A program made the translations under genes and the position numbers. The notes under the pieces were generated by a model, which saw only the letters and a program-made list of their open reading frames with translations, did not search any database and was not told the DNA's origin. 64,000 nucleotides of DNA from Tubulanus polymorphus (taxonomy: Eukaryota; Animalia; Nemertea): assembly GCF_964204645.1 (NCBI RefSeq), contig NC_134029.1:23244950-23308949 (forward strand). The letters run 5' to 3'. Shown here one piece after another: positions 1 through 20,489 of this stretch; position 1 is the first letter of the stretch; each line of letters starts with the position of its first letter.

Positions 1-6
1 AACGTT

Positions 7-8918
<8,912 letters not shown>

Positions 8919-9039
8919 TCTCTCAGATTATCTAGTCCAGCATCTAGTTCGCGTTTCCTTAAAGAAAACGCTCAAATGTTCGAGTGTTCGTCGCGAGAAA
9001 CGAGTTCAATAGCTCGGAATATGTCTCTACTCGAGCTAA

Positions 9040-9120
9040 GTTTGACACGCCATGGTATCCTCGTGCTGATGACGTCACTATGAACCCTGGGTCAATACGC
9101 TTAGATCGATGACGTAGGCA
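9040..9120. promoter_or_regulatory. Candidate UPF1/ZIP bidirectional promoter region with CRE
   Basis: Perfect TGACGTCA at 9070-9077, TGACGTA near 9110 and YY1-like CGCCATG at 9048; lies between divergently oriented genes. Confidence 0.45.
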
Positions 9121-10260
9121 TTAATGGTACCTATTCAAATTCAAATTCAAATTTATTCAACAATTTCTATTTTCGATGACTTACGTTTATTTAAAATTTT
9201 GCGATGTTCTGGTCATGAGATGAAATAAAAATTATCCGAAATTTTTCAATTTTTTTCATCAAAGCAACAATTGTTCAGACGGCCACAAAACTCGCCAAAA
9301 GTGTACCGGGCCTAATTAAGACATTTGCGTGGACCCGGCCGTGTCGTGAGTCAGATGTGATTTTTCAAATCTACACCATGAGAAATTTATTTTCGTCTGA
9401 GAAAAATGCGTAGGCCTAGCTAGAATAAACTTCGTAAAATAAAGATCGAATTTCTTAGGAAAGGAACTGCATGTTGCGCCTATTTTTATTGTGCGTGATG
9501 CGACAGACAGGTACAGACTAGTGTGTGGGCATACCTGAGAATTACTGTACGACCTGGTAATTCGATTTCTTTATGCGACAAGATTGGCCCGGGCCATAAT
9601 TTGCACGACTCAACTTGCGCTTGACCTGTTGTCAATGTTCAAAAACGTGACAGTTAAGTTACCCGGTCTACTGCGCATACAATTAGGGACGTTTAGCGAT
9701 GGTTTCTTGGACGACGCTTTTTGACGTCCCTATGGTAGTTCAATGAAAATGTAGCCCTATCAGTATTGAATAGAAGATTTGTATAGGCCTATATATTATT
9801 TGGAAATAAAGACAAATACTCATTAAATATCTATTCAACTTCAAAGAAGAAAACTGGTATCCGGAGCAGTATTCCGGCCACAGAAAAAATGTACAGGTGT
9901 GATCAGCTGACTTTTTAAAAGATTTTTAGATCGATCAGCTGTTATACACAAGCTGTTATACACAAGACCAAAACAAGTCTAAGATTTGTATGGTTCATGT
10001 CTAGTAGGAATGCTAGTCTTCACAAAATTAAGTACTGCGTATGATTTTAGATATCTTGCTTTTGTTCGCGTTCTAAGAACATGCAGTCAGTGTATATTAT
10101 ATATATATTTGTTTATGTATGGGTCAGTGTAATGTGAAACGCTGTCAACGTGATATGTGAACTCGTTTCAACATATCTAGCCTACTTTGTAAGATATGTG
10201 AAAGCATTTTGAATTGCGACGTCTGGGCGAGGAGAGGTCACTTAACAATCTTTAGCCAGT

Positions 10261-11286
10261 ATGGAAGTACTAGTAGCGAAAATTGCCGCTTTGGCGTTAA
10301 TGTGGTTTGTGACACTGACTTTCGGAACAGTACCAATTTTAGTTGATATCTTTGTCCGCCGTTATGGCACTGATAAACACAAGAGGTACGTGACTGCCGT
10401 GCTGGGACTGCTAACATTCGTAGCTGGTGGGGTTTTCTTGGGCACGATCACATTGGACTTAATACCAGATGTAGTGGAGGAGTTCGTAGAGGCGAAGGTC
10501 AAAACTGAATTCCCGCTTGCGTATCTAGTTGTAGCGATTGGACTGCTGATGTTTCTAGTTCTGGAGCATTTCATTTTGTTTTGCTTGGACCGATCAGTAG
10601 TAGGCGCTGACTCTAAGTCACGACATGTGGTTGCAGTCTTGGAAGCTCACGACGGCATACACGACGAATCCGAATGTGGCCTTCTACACCACAGCCACGA
10701 CGAGCATTCGTACGGTAGCTTCTCGCCTAAAACCGACGAACACGAAGTACCTAACGAACACGATCACAATCAAGATGCCGAAAAGTCAGCAGAAATGAAA
10801 AAACAGGAAGTAGATTTTACGCTGGCTTTACGTTCGTACGCGATAGTCGTTGCGTTGTCGCTGCACTCGGTTTTTGACGGAATGGTTGTCGGATTTCAGA
10901 AAACAGATGTCAGCGTCTGGGAGCTCTTCTTCACGCTTCTGTTCCACAAAATCCTCGTCGCATTCAGTCTTGGTTCTAAGCTCCACAAACTGAAACACAT
11001 ACTCAGTCTCAAGCATATCGTGGGTATGGTCATTCTATTTTCGACGATGTCACCATTAGGTGGGATCATATCGACGGCGCTCTCCGAAACGGTCACCGAA
11101 TCACACCTGACCGAAGCGATTCTTGTCGGATTTGCAACCGGCAGCTTTTTGTACGTGACATTTTTTGAAATGTTGAAATTCGATGGAACGAAATTGGGCA
11201 ACATAATAAACTGTTTAATGGTGATCATCGGATTCGGCATCATAGCGCTCGAACAGTACATTACAAAATCAGTAATAGGGAAATAA
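10261..11286 (+). CDS. ZIP-family (SLC39, ZIP1/2/3-like subfamily II) zinc transporter, single coding exon
   Basis: 341 aa; multiple hydrophobic helices, AGGVFLG, EFPLA, His-rich loop HHSHDEH, LSLHSVFDG, HK motif, MSPLG, ATGSFLYVTFFE. Confidence 0.93.
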   Translation: MEVLVAKIAALALMWFVTLTFGTVPILVDIFVRRYGTDKHKRYVTAVLGLLTFVAGGVFLGTITLDLIPDVVEEFVEAKVKTEFPLAYLVVAIGLLMFLVLEHFILFCLDRSVVGADSKSRHVVAVLEAHDGIHDESECGLLHHSHDEHSYGSFSPKTDEHEVPNEHDHNQDAEKSAEMKKQEVDFTLALRSYAIVVALSLHSVFDGMVVGFQKTDVSVWELFFTLLFHKILVAFSLGSKLHKLKHILSLKHIVGMVILFSTMSPLGGIISTALSETVTESHLTEAILVGFATGSFLYVTFFEMLKFDGTKLGNIINCLMVIIGFGIIALEQYITKSVIGK

Positions 11287-13021
11287 AACTGCGGCGATGG
11301 AACTTTTACGAGAATGGACTTGGCGATGAAATATGTAAACTAAACAATTTATCATTGTACATAAATTTGATATTACTTGTTGCCTAAGTGACGAAAGGTC
11401 GTTTAACGATATAAGTCTATTTTGTTGCAAGACATTATTTCGGTTGAAAGCCAGAAACTATACAAAAATACTTATGGTTTACTGTTAAGATTCTGTTCGG
11501 GGGTCGTTTGGTAGAGAGTTAATAGGTTTAATATATATCGTACGTACATGTTTGTAATTATTATAAGTGATCTCGTTTGATTCAGGGAATCCGTACGTTT
11601 TTTGGTTTTTGTTGCATCTTAGATATGCAGAACTGACATTAAGAAAGATAATAAATATAATATTTTTAAGAAAATTTCAATCTATACAAAACGTTTTGTC
11701 TTTGGTCTGGACAGATGCCCTCTAGGAATCATTCAAAGCATGTAATGACCGCTTAAAGTTTACAATACACGGCATATTCCAGACACAAATTTATTTCAAA
11801 AGGATTTGTTTATTCATCGGAAGATTGCACATTCCATGTGTGCAAGAAAATTGCAGTACTGAAAAAATGGCAGAAGGTTTTATCAGGGAAGTGTGACACT
11901 TCCCTGGTTTTATATACTCAAGTACAAATATAACCCATTCAAAAATTGTCAGGACTCACATGTTGTAGGGAAGGATAGGGTCGATTCAGGGAAGGATGCA
12001 ACCCCAAAATAGGGCACGCATCATATGATTTAGAAAGGAAACCCGAAAAAAAATCATCGGAAAACTTTGGAAATACGAGGACAAGCGAATTTTAACTTTT
12101 TTAGGTATCGGTTTAATATCTTTAATTTTCCCGTGAAATTTCACGGCAACTTGAATATTCTAGGGGGTGCGTACCTCCTGCAATCTCCCTTGGATCCATC
12201 CCTGCAATAAATTTGTTAATTTGCATAAATATTGGCGCCAAAGGCTTGAAAAATAACTTGTGATTTGCTTTTTTATGTTGGAAAAAAACTATTTTTCTTT
12301 ACCAGTGCTAGACAAAATAAACCGATTAAAATCTTTCGAAATCATAATAAATAACCCCTTATATGACTCTTATCTATCTTTTGATACGTTGTAACAAACT
12401 TGTCAAACCCGCTTTTTAATCATTAAGATATAGATAACACTGGGCAAAGTACAAAAGCTTATCACGGCGCTTTTGACTAATATCCAATTTTTCGTAATTT
12501 TCCGACCCGAAAGCAACACCTTAAAAAAAAATTCACCGGTGTCATTCATGTCTTAGAGAAGATTATGCGTTTAACCGAATAGAAATTGTATTTATTTGAT
12601 CAAATAACCTCCCCCCACCCGGCTCGGCGTTCATACTCTCATGGCGCTGCATAACGTTAGGTGGCGAAAATGCGTTGACATGCATTCACCATGGAAAATT
12701 AGAGCGCTTTAGATTATTTTTCAAATATATAAAATCGGTTTAAGGTAAATCTCAAGTTAATTGAGCTGATACTAAACACAGAGTTAACTATGACTTACGA
12801 CGTGGAACCGGGTCCACAGTTCCCGTAATTCATGAATTCTTTTTGATGATCGCAGCGGGTAGAATGATGGATAAACCTCCCTAAACGCCGTGGTCATTAC
12901 GTACGTACTACACGTATAGGTTGTAAACCTCTAAATTTAGATTCACCCAGTCCTAGACGTGGATCGTACACCTAAACATGTACTATAAGACGAATATATC
13001 GTTTTATAGTCCGTGGCCTAA
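10889..13021 (+). repeat. 2.1 kb direct repeat, copy 1 (ZIP 3' half plus downstream)
   Basis: Colinear with 28366-30491, roughly 98-99% identical by eye. Confidence 0.95.
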
Positions 13022-13230
13022 TAATAATGTTCGACCTTTGGTATAGAACAAGACTTTCCTATATACTGAGGGCGACTCAGTTCAACCACTCCTAATGTAT
13101 CCACTCAGGTTTTAACGACAACTAACAGAACAAATACTCGTCGCTGGATGGCCACAGAAAGAACCTCACTTCCCAGAACATTCGAAGTTGAAAAATCATT
13201 TAAAAGCTAATCCACAGGATTTCTTTTTAA

Positions 13231-13823
13231 CCCTTTCACGACCGCACTATATGTTCTCTAATGGCCCGGGCATTTTTTCCAAAACCTTCAAAACCCCAAA
13301 ATACGCAGAATAGGGCTTATATCATGTTTATAACGCATGCACGTAATGTCTCTAGTGTTAGTCTTTCGATTCTGATCAGTTTTGGCCAAAATTTTAAGGG
13401 TCCAAAAGACCAAAAATTAGGGTCAAGGTCACATGCCTGGAGGACCCCCTTGCCGATTTTTTATGACCGTAAAAACCATCAAAATATATTTAGAACATAT
13501 CTAGCTCGTGTCTAATTGACTATTCATTCATATGCAAATTTTGTTATCATTTCTAACGCCAGGGGGAGCTTAGGAGGTCTTTCAGGCCTGGTCCAGGCCT
13601 GGCAATTTGACCCCCAAACGGCCCACAACATCCCTTTAGAATGAAATCACCATTGTACTTTTGCTTCACTGGATGCTGCTGTTGATATGAACGACAGTAC
13701 GACAACTTCCATAAGTTTATCTACTCTGCTGTGAAAGAAAATGCCATCCGGTATGTCATACCGGACTGGGCTATTCCGTGATTTCTGTATCCGGTATGTC
13801 ATACCGGATAGGTCGTGAAAGAG
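13231..13823. mobile_element. piggyBac-like non-autonomous element
   Basis: TTAA|CCCTTTCACGACC ... GGTCGTGAAAGAG (degenerate right TTAA); subterminal palindromes TCCGGTATGTCATACCGGA x2. Confidence 0.65.
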
Positions 13824-13905
13824 AATAAGATCATTTTTAGGCTCGAAAAGAGCCTTAACAGATCGTATGTGCCGTAGTGTAGGGAGCGACTAGTATTATT
13901 AGATA

Positions 13906-13933
13906 CTAGCTAAATACCCGTCCAATGGACGGC
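13906..13933 (-). mobile_element. Helitron 3' terminus
   Basis: Minus strand reads CCGTCC-att-GGACGG hairpin, about 8 nt, then CTAG followed by T. Confidence 0.55.
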
Positions 13934-14855
13934 TTTGTCGTTGAGCGCATGGGTGTATTGGTCGTGAGCACACCACCTCGGCGCATAAATCCTGCATCCT
14001 GCATTTTGCTTATGAAATACATTCATTTTAATCGGTCGGGAAATGAATCTAAATGCTTCAAATGTTCAGAGTTCTTGGAACCAACCCCACACCAGCTCCC
14101 CTACCCGTCTGACCTGTCTGTGGTACAAAACCATTTGTTCAAATAACTAACCGTAAATTCTCGGCCCCAACAGTTTTTAGGCCCCCTGCTTCTTGTTCGA
14201 GCATTTACTATATTGACCACACCACCCGTACGTTCATTGAAAAAGCCCCTCCATTCAACCAACGAATTGCATGATATCATGCTTAAAGTGTGGGACTGCC
14301 ATTCATTGAAAAAATACCAACGTAGTCGCTCGACGATGATAATTAGGATTCTGTATTTTGTATCACTATTTGACATTATTTCTTTTATATCTCTCGTATA
14401 TACATACATTTTGCAAGAGAGCTCCTGTCAGAAAAGTACGTACATTTTTCTTTGACCCCCTCCCCGTACAAAGTTACTACCGGTACATTATTTGTTACCC
14501 CTCCCCAAAAACCGTATGTACTATTTGAACGCTTTTTTATAAAATCTACCACCATCGCACGCATCGGCAGCCCCCAGAGCCATTGCGAGAGGCTGGGTTT
14601 GGGCCTCCCTACTGCCAGTAACCTGTCTGTGGTATGGAACCATTCTGAAAAACTACGCAATGGGCCTGTCCCCCTCTAAGATGCTGCATATGGGTGGGCA
14701 ACACGGTCAGAACATATCGCTAAAAATTCCAATCATATTAATTTTGATCCAAAGATTACGTGAATGAATGTCTTAACCAATGTTTTAAACACCCGAAATT
14801 CACAACTGAGGCAGTGTTGAGAGAACTGTGTCATGCACTGTTCTGATGCTGCGTT

Positions 14856-15085
14856 GTGTATCTGTGCAAAAATGGACTGGGGGCATCTATTATGCAAGAT
14901 GGCCGCCCATGTGCCTATGCAAGTCGTGCATTAACAGAGACGGAGCAGCGTTACGCTCAGATCGAGAAAGAAGCATTGGCCATCGTTTATGGCCTTGAGA
15001 AATTTCATCATTATGTCTATGCTCGTCAAGTAAAAGTTGAAAATGATCACAAGCCAATAGAGGCAATCGTACAAAAACCTCTATC
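14856..15085 (+). mobile_element. Ty3/Gypsy pol fragment (RNase H)
   Basis: GLGASIMQDGRPCAYASRALTETEQRYAQIEKEALAIVYGLEKFHHY..DHKPI. Confidence 0.9.
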
Positions 15086-15098
15086 GGTCCACTGATGC

Positions 15099-15415
15099 CA
15101 TCTTCACCTGTCAAGAGATTCGAACCCACTCTGCTAAAGCCGTTCTCCGAACCCCTTGACCTCACGAGTCGTTGGAGTCGTTACTAGCCGACCAGAATCA
15201 GGTCGAGCCAAACACAGCGCTTGTTACAAACGACATTAGGCATCTATGGAATTTCCCGGTAAATGGACCAATCAGCGAACACGTAGCGAACGCGGAAGTA
15301 TTGTCGCGTGTTGATATATGACGTCATGCGCAACAGCGCCAGTAATGAAATCACGCTTCGCCAGGCCAGGGGGCTGGTGGAAGCGAGTTCGGGAGCGATA
15401 CCGCAAGCGAGGATG
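15099..15415. mobile_element. MITE family B nested in the TIR of a family A element (whose end runs to 15488)
   Basis: CATCTTCAC...GCGAGGATG with ACTGATGC duplicated (15091-15098, 15416-15423); homologous to 24513-24831. Confidence 0.8.
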
Positions 15416-15572
15416 ACTGATGCAGGAGTTCGTGCCGTGGCTGAGTGTAGCGATGCCATCAGGTTCGAGTCCATGCAGAGGGAGGATGGTAAAAGTGGCG
15501 ATGCGCGGTATGGTGAATGGCGCCATTGATTGTTTCGGTTCAAAATAACCGAGTTGACGATCATCGCCGCCA

Positions 15573-15733
15573 GGGCCACCTTCGGTTATCTGAGTTAGTC
15601 GACTATAGTCGAACTAAACGAAACCGAATGTCCGTTAGTCGGAACGATATTCCGGAAATAGTTCGAAAATCAAGTGCATTCGGTTATTAGTTCCGACCAC
15701 TAGTCGACTAGATACGAAAACCGAATTTGGCCC
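15573..15733. mobile_element. Harbinger-type MITE
   Basis: TIRs GGGCCA..TTCGGTT / AACCGAATTTGGCCC, internally palindromic. Confidence 0.6.
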
Positions 15734-16679
15734 TGGGAGCAGGTGCGCGAAGGCGGACTCCTCACGTGAATCTTCTTTTATCTTGTGGTGGGTTTTGATG
15801 GTTCATTGATCCAAAATGTGGATTCCGACTCCCGGGATACGATTTAGAATACTGTCCAGTTACATGAACAAAATGTTTCAAGCAGGTAGGTATTTTAATT
15901 CTTGCTTTTAATCAAAATTTAACCTTTCGCTACGAAAAGCCGCTGTAGAGATTTACTGACTGGGAGCGGTTCAGGAAAATCGTCACATTAGGGATTTCAG
16001 GATGTGTCCTATGTGTAGTTCTAATAGCTTAAAATGAAGAAGGGGATAGTATAAGCATACAGCACTTTACAGATTCAAAATTGGTCAAGCGGTTTAAAAG
16101 TTAGAAGCAATGAAAGGGTGGAAATTTTGGGTATCTTTGTCATTCGATTGCGCAATACACTTGTCTTTAGTTCATTTCCAACAGGAAGTGTCTAGGTTTT
16201 GCTGCTTTTTAGCCAGATAAATGAATTAAATTCAACATTAAAACCAAAATAACTCCCAGAATTTTTATCCGTTTAAAACCAAACTTGGTCAGTATGTTGT
16301 CTATAGTTTTTTTTTCTCGTTCTTTTTTAAATTTGTTTAGCTTTCTTATGATTTGATTGTTCTGCTTTTCCGTGAAATAAATATTGAATTGAATTGAATA
16401 TACAAAGTTGGTTTGGATTCATGTAAGTAATAAAGAAGTTTCCAGTTTCTAGGCGCCATTTTGTGGCGGTCCTTCGAGGTCCCCATTGTTGCGATGATTT
16501 GCGCTCATTTTTAAAACATAAGTTTAGATTGAATATCATATAGTTCTGGAGCCCCTCGCTCGACGAAATCAATTTATACACCATTTTAAAGGAAATGAAA
16601 TGCAGATATTTGCTGGCGATTCTTGGAATTTTTGAAAGCAACAATTGAGAACAGTGACGATGTGAAACCAAGGACCGCA

Positions 16680-17160
16680 TATGAGTAATATATTCATTAA
16701 TATAACGATAATCGGTGACGCATTTACTAAACTTTCAGCTTGCAAATCATCAATACCTGGAGCTTTTCCAGTTTTAATTGACTTTATTGCACGATCCACG
16801 TCGTGGGGCGAAATCACGAGGTGGTCATCTAAACTAGAAGAGAGCAATTCCTCTACATCTGATCTATTTCTATCATTAGTAACGGAGTTAAACAATTTCT
16901 GATAATGATCTCTCCATAATTCGGTTATTTCCTTATCACCAGTAGCGTGATCGATAGACGTTGATACAGGTGCGCACTTATTATTGAAACATTTAACTTT
17001 GTTCCAGAATTGACACGGGTCCTTGGCGTATAGGCTATTTGCTAAAGAATCGGATTTAAAAGTTTCCTCCTGTTTCCTACATTTTCGCAACGCCAGCTTG
17101 AAACGCGATCTCAGTAAGCGCATGCGTTGGTATTCATAGCCTTTTTTTGGACTACCGACT
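16680..17160 (-). mobile_element. Non-LTR retrotransposon ORF2 fragment (region upstream of RT)
   Basis: FKLALRKC..FWNKVK..WRDHYQKLFN..VDRAIKSIKTGKAPGIDDL. Confidence 0.85.
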
Positions 17161-17164
17161 GTAC

Positions 17165-17330
17165 AGGCTATTAGGAAACAGTATCAATGATAGGTCGCCC
17201 AAATGGCTCAGCAGTTATCTCTGAACGAAAACTTGTAGCCAAAATCAACGGAACGCCTCATCTTGGAATGAGACGGTCTAACTAGTGGAGTCACACAAGG
17301 TAGTATCCTAAGTCGTCTTCTGTTTAATGT
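17165..17330 (+). mobile_element. Degenerate LINE RT fragment
   Basis: KWLSSYL..KING..SGVTQGSILSRLLFN, with frameshifts. Confidence 0.6.
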
Positions 17331-17389
17331 CCTGACAAATGACATACACAGTAATCCAAAATATACCAGACCGAGTAAATTTCCAAAAC

Positions 17390-17915
17390 GACCTTAACAC
17401 GCTGTTCGACCAAAAAACTTAATGTTCCGACAAGAAAATCTTGTTCGAATGAAAACAATTCTGTTTGATCGAGCAATACACTTTTTGTTTGACCCAAAAT
17501 TTTCTTCATTATGACAAAAAATGTGTTCGAATAAAAAGCTATGTTATTGTTGAAATGAAAAACTTTTTGTCCGGGCATAAAAATTTGGTTGAACGAAAAC
17601 AATTTTTTCGAACGAATGTTTGAATGAAAACAATTCTGCTCGATGAACGATTGTGAAACTTTTTACAATATACTTGTTCGAACGAAAAACTTAATGTTCT
17701 GACAAGAAAATTCTTTTCAAATTAAAACGATTCTGTTCAATTGAATGATTGTTCGAACGAAAAACCTTTCGTTTCGACAAAAAAGTTTGTTCAACTTTGT
17801 TCTAACGATTTTTTCAAATTGGTTCAATCGAGCAGAATATTATTGGTTTGAACGAAATAAATTTTGTTCTGACGAAAGAATTTTCAAGCGAAAGGTCTTT
17901 CGAACGAAAAAAAAG
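17390..17915. repeat. Degenerate tandem array of TTGTTCGAACGAAAA-like units
   Basis: Recurring ttgttcga(a/c)cga(a)aa motifs. Confidence 0.7.
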
Positions 17916-17943
17916 ATATTTCTAGGGCTCCGCAGTAACTTAA

Positions 17944-18268
17944 AGCCGGACGTAGGTCGGTCTTGAGACACAATGCGTTTCGCGTTGCATCGCAAGTTTC
18001 GCTGCAAGTGGGTTGCGATACAATTGTCAGCGACTGTGTGCGACTAGTTTCTGCCAGTCACAAGGGGGCGTAGGTCGGATGTGACAGTCGTGTCGCTTCG
18101 CAGAAAGTAGAACACGTGCGACTCCTTGTTACTTGCGATGCTGACAGTCGCAACCCGTCGCAAGGGAGCGTAGGTCGATGAGTCGTTGCGACACAATCGT
18201 CGCTGCAATCGCAGGGAATGGCGTCGCAGTGAGTCACAAGCCGTCGCAATGCCGACCTACGCCCGGCT
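17944..18268. mobile_element. PIF/Harbinger-type MITE
   Basis: TIR AGCCGG(A/G)CGTAGGTCGG; TAA on both sides (17941-17943, 18269-18271); internal GCGTAGGTCG repeats. Confidence 0.75.
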
Positions 18269-18491
18269 TAAGTCATTAGGAATTAATGAAATACCAGTTT
18301 CATTTATGATGAAAAAACTCAAATGAAAAGTGCTTATAAAGCTGACTGCTCAGACGAAATCTTCATTTTTGGCAATAAGATTGATAATTGTGATTAATCG
18401 TTGCAAGTCACAACCAGTTAATCACTAATTAACATGGATTTTAATAAATCTGATTCCTCCTTTACAGTGAATTTAGCTTTAACAGTTGTGC

Positions 18492-20476
18492 TTAACAGTT
18501 GTCTTTAACACTTGCAGTTTGATAAAATGGTGACCTTATTCCACTTATTTCTGGTTTATCTTCCTTGTTGGAAGATTCTTCAATAGAAAATATTTCCTTA
18601 CCCGTATTACTATACTGTGGTAGGAAATAACCTAATGTGGTTCCTTTACGTATAATTACATCCTCGTCATTTACATTCATTAATCGAACCGGTATATAAA
18701 GTTCATTAACAGTTCCTAATGTTTGACCACATAATATTTTATATTTTGCTGGTAAATTATAATCAGAATTTACTATCCCTTGAGTGCCATTTGATATAGG
18801 TGCTTGAACACTACCCATAATAAAAATTTCAGAATTTGCTGGTATTTTCTCACTTTGTCTTGCTGCAATTTTACTACTTCCGTCTAAACTAACTTGACCA
18901 ACAAGTGGTGCTACCACTCCTATTTTTGTTAAAGTCAATAATCTATTCTCAAAATCAATAAATGCTTTATATTTTTCTAGATAATCGCTTCCCAAAATAA
19001 CATCATGAATAAGATTATCAACTCTGTAAAAATCATGAGTGGTTGTATCGTCGTATATATCCAAATTAATCGAGGTCAATCCTAATAATTTGAAATTACT
19101 TCCCTGTACTGAAATTGCTCTTTCAAAACTTCCCTTTTTAAATGCGGGCTTTTCATTTAAACTATTGTATACTTTCAAGCTCAAAACCGAAATTCCAGCA
19201 CCCGTATCAATAAGGCATTCAACTGATTGGCCATTAATTTTAGCGTTTATTGTCATCGCTAACGATGTCATAAATGGACGTGGGGGTAATTTAGTTGCAT
19301 TGATGTTTACACGATTGTTTGACTCTTTTGAATTAAATGTTGTTTTGCTCGAAATAATGGGTGAACTTCGCTTGCAGAGGTAACCGGTTTTTTGACAAAT
19401 GTGATTAGATTTTTTAGAATTACTTTTTGTAATTATATTTTTATCAGAGTTCGTGTATTCATCATTTTTTCTAAGCTAATTGTCGGGATTGTATTCACTC
19501 TGTTAGACCTAGAGTCTACCCCTTGAACCCAGGCCTGTTTTGGTTTTCCGAGTTCGAATTTGACCTGTCATTTTGACGTGGATTATTTCTATTATACTGG
19601 TAATTATTGTTAGGATTCTGATAGCACGTGCGCTCATGGTGCCCAGTTTTACCACAACGCTGACAAATGATTCGGCCTTGATAGTTTCTTTGGTCTCTTG
19701 TAGGCAAATTTTTATGCATTCTTTCAGTTTGAATTTTGAGACGCAATAATTCTCTCTGAAAACTATCCATCTGTTTGGTTAAGAGTTTTGTTATTTCCTT
19801 CATTTCCGAAACAACTTGCGAAACAGTGTTTAATTTAGAATCAGAAGGTGAAGATATTCCCGCAATCGGAACTGTGTTTTGAAGTGAATTGACAGATTCA
19901 TAAAGGCGTGAAAAACATGGTTGATGGACCATTAGCGATAACGAACATCTTCATGCCATTTTGCATACCCGAAATAAATGGCATTAATCGTTCACTTGAA
20001 GTTTTTCCCAAGGATGAGCAAATGGCATGAATGTCTGTTATGTAATCATCTAAACTTTCTCCAATACGATGATGGAGTGCACTTAATTTTTGTTCTTTTA
20101 ACCATCTCGTCTGTTTAGAATCAAATTTTTCCAAAAAATCAGTTTTCAAATCTGCCAAATTCTTCCATTTTGGTGCATTTCTGATTAAGACAACCTCACC
20201 GTCTTCATTCCCATATTCTGCTTCCCCTAAATAATTATTCCAATACCACTCGGATGCTAGGCCCTTCACATACAAAGGGAATGCTTTCAATTTTTTTTCC
20301 TCAGCCCAATTTGCAAAAAGTGCATATTGCTCGAATTTTGTAAACCAAGTTCTAGCATCTTCGTGTGTTCTACCCGCAAAAGTACATGGTTTAAAACAAG
20401 CCGACTCTTTGTTTTCTAATTTATTTCTAACCATATGAATCTGGTTTATTAACTCTTCTTGAGATATTTTTGCCAT
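18492..20476 (-). mobile_element. Ty3/Gypsy gag-protease remnant (frameshifted, no LTR seen)
   Basis: Gag from ATG 20476 (FAGRTHEDARTWF..), zinc knuckle CQRCGKTGHHERTC, aspartic protease CLIDTGAGISV and ILGSDYL. Confidence 0.88.
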
Positions 20477-20489
20477 TTTCAATGTATTT

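Noticed and set aside
9200-10260. Metal-response elements upstream of the ZIP gene
   Set aside because: No exact TGCRCNC match was found by eye.
10889-13021. 2.1 kb direct repeats as LTRs of a retroelement
   Set aside because: They consist of host ZIP coding and 3' sequence, lack TG..CA ends, PBS and PPT, and the enclosed retroelement pieces are in mixed orientations.
13022-13230. Degenerate reading frame at the left insertion junction continuing after the piggyBac-like element
   Set aside because: Contains a stop and no recognisable motif; cannot be assigned without a search.
15430-15488. tRNA gene or SINE head
   Set aside because: No cloverleaf or anticodon arm; it is the TIR of a DNA-transposon MITE.
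17390-17915. Repeat array resembling a CRISPR
   Set aside because: Units are degenerate and irregular with no unique spacers, no cas genes, and the context is eukaryotic.
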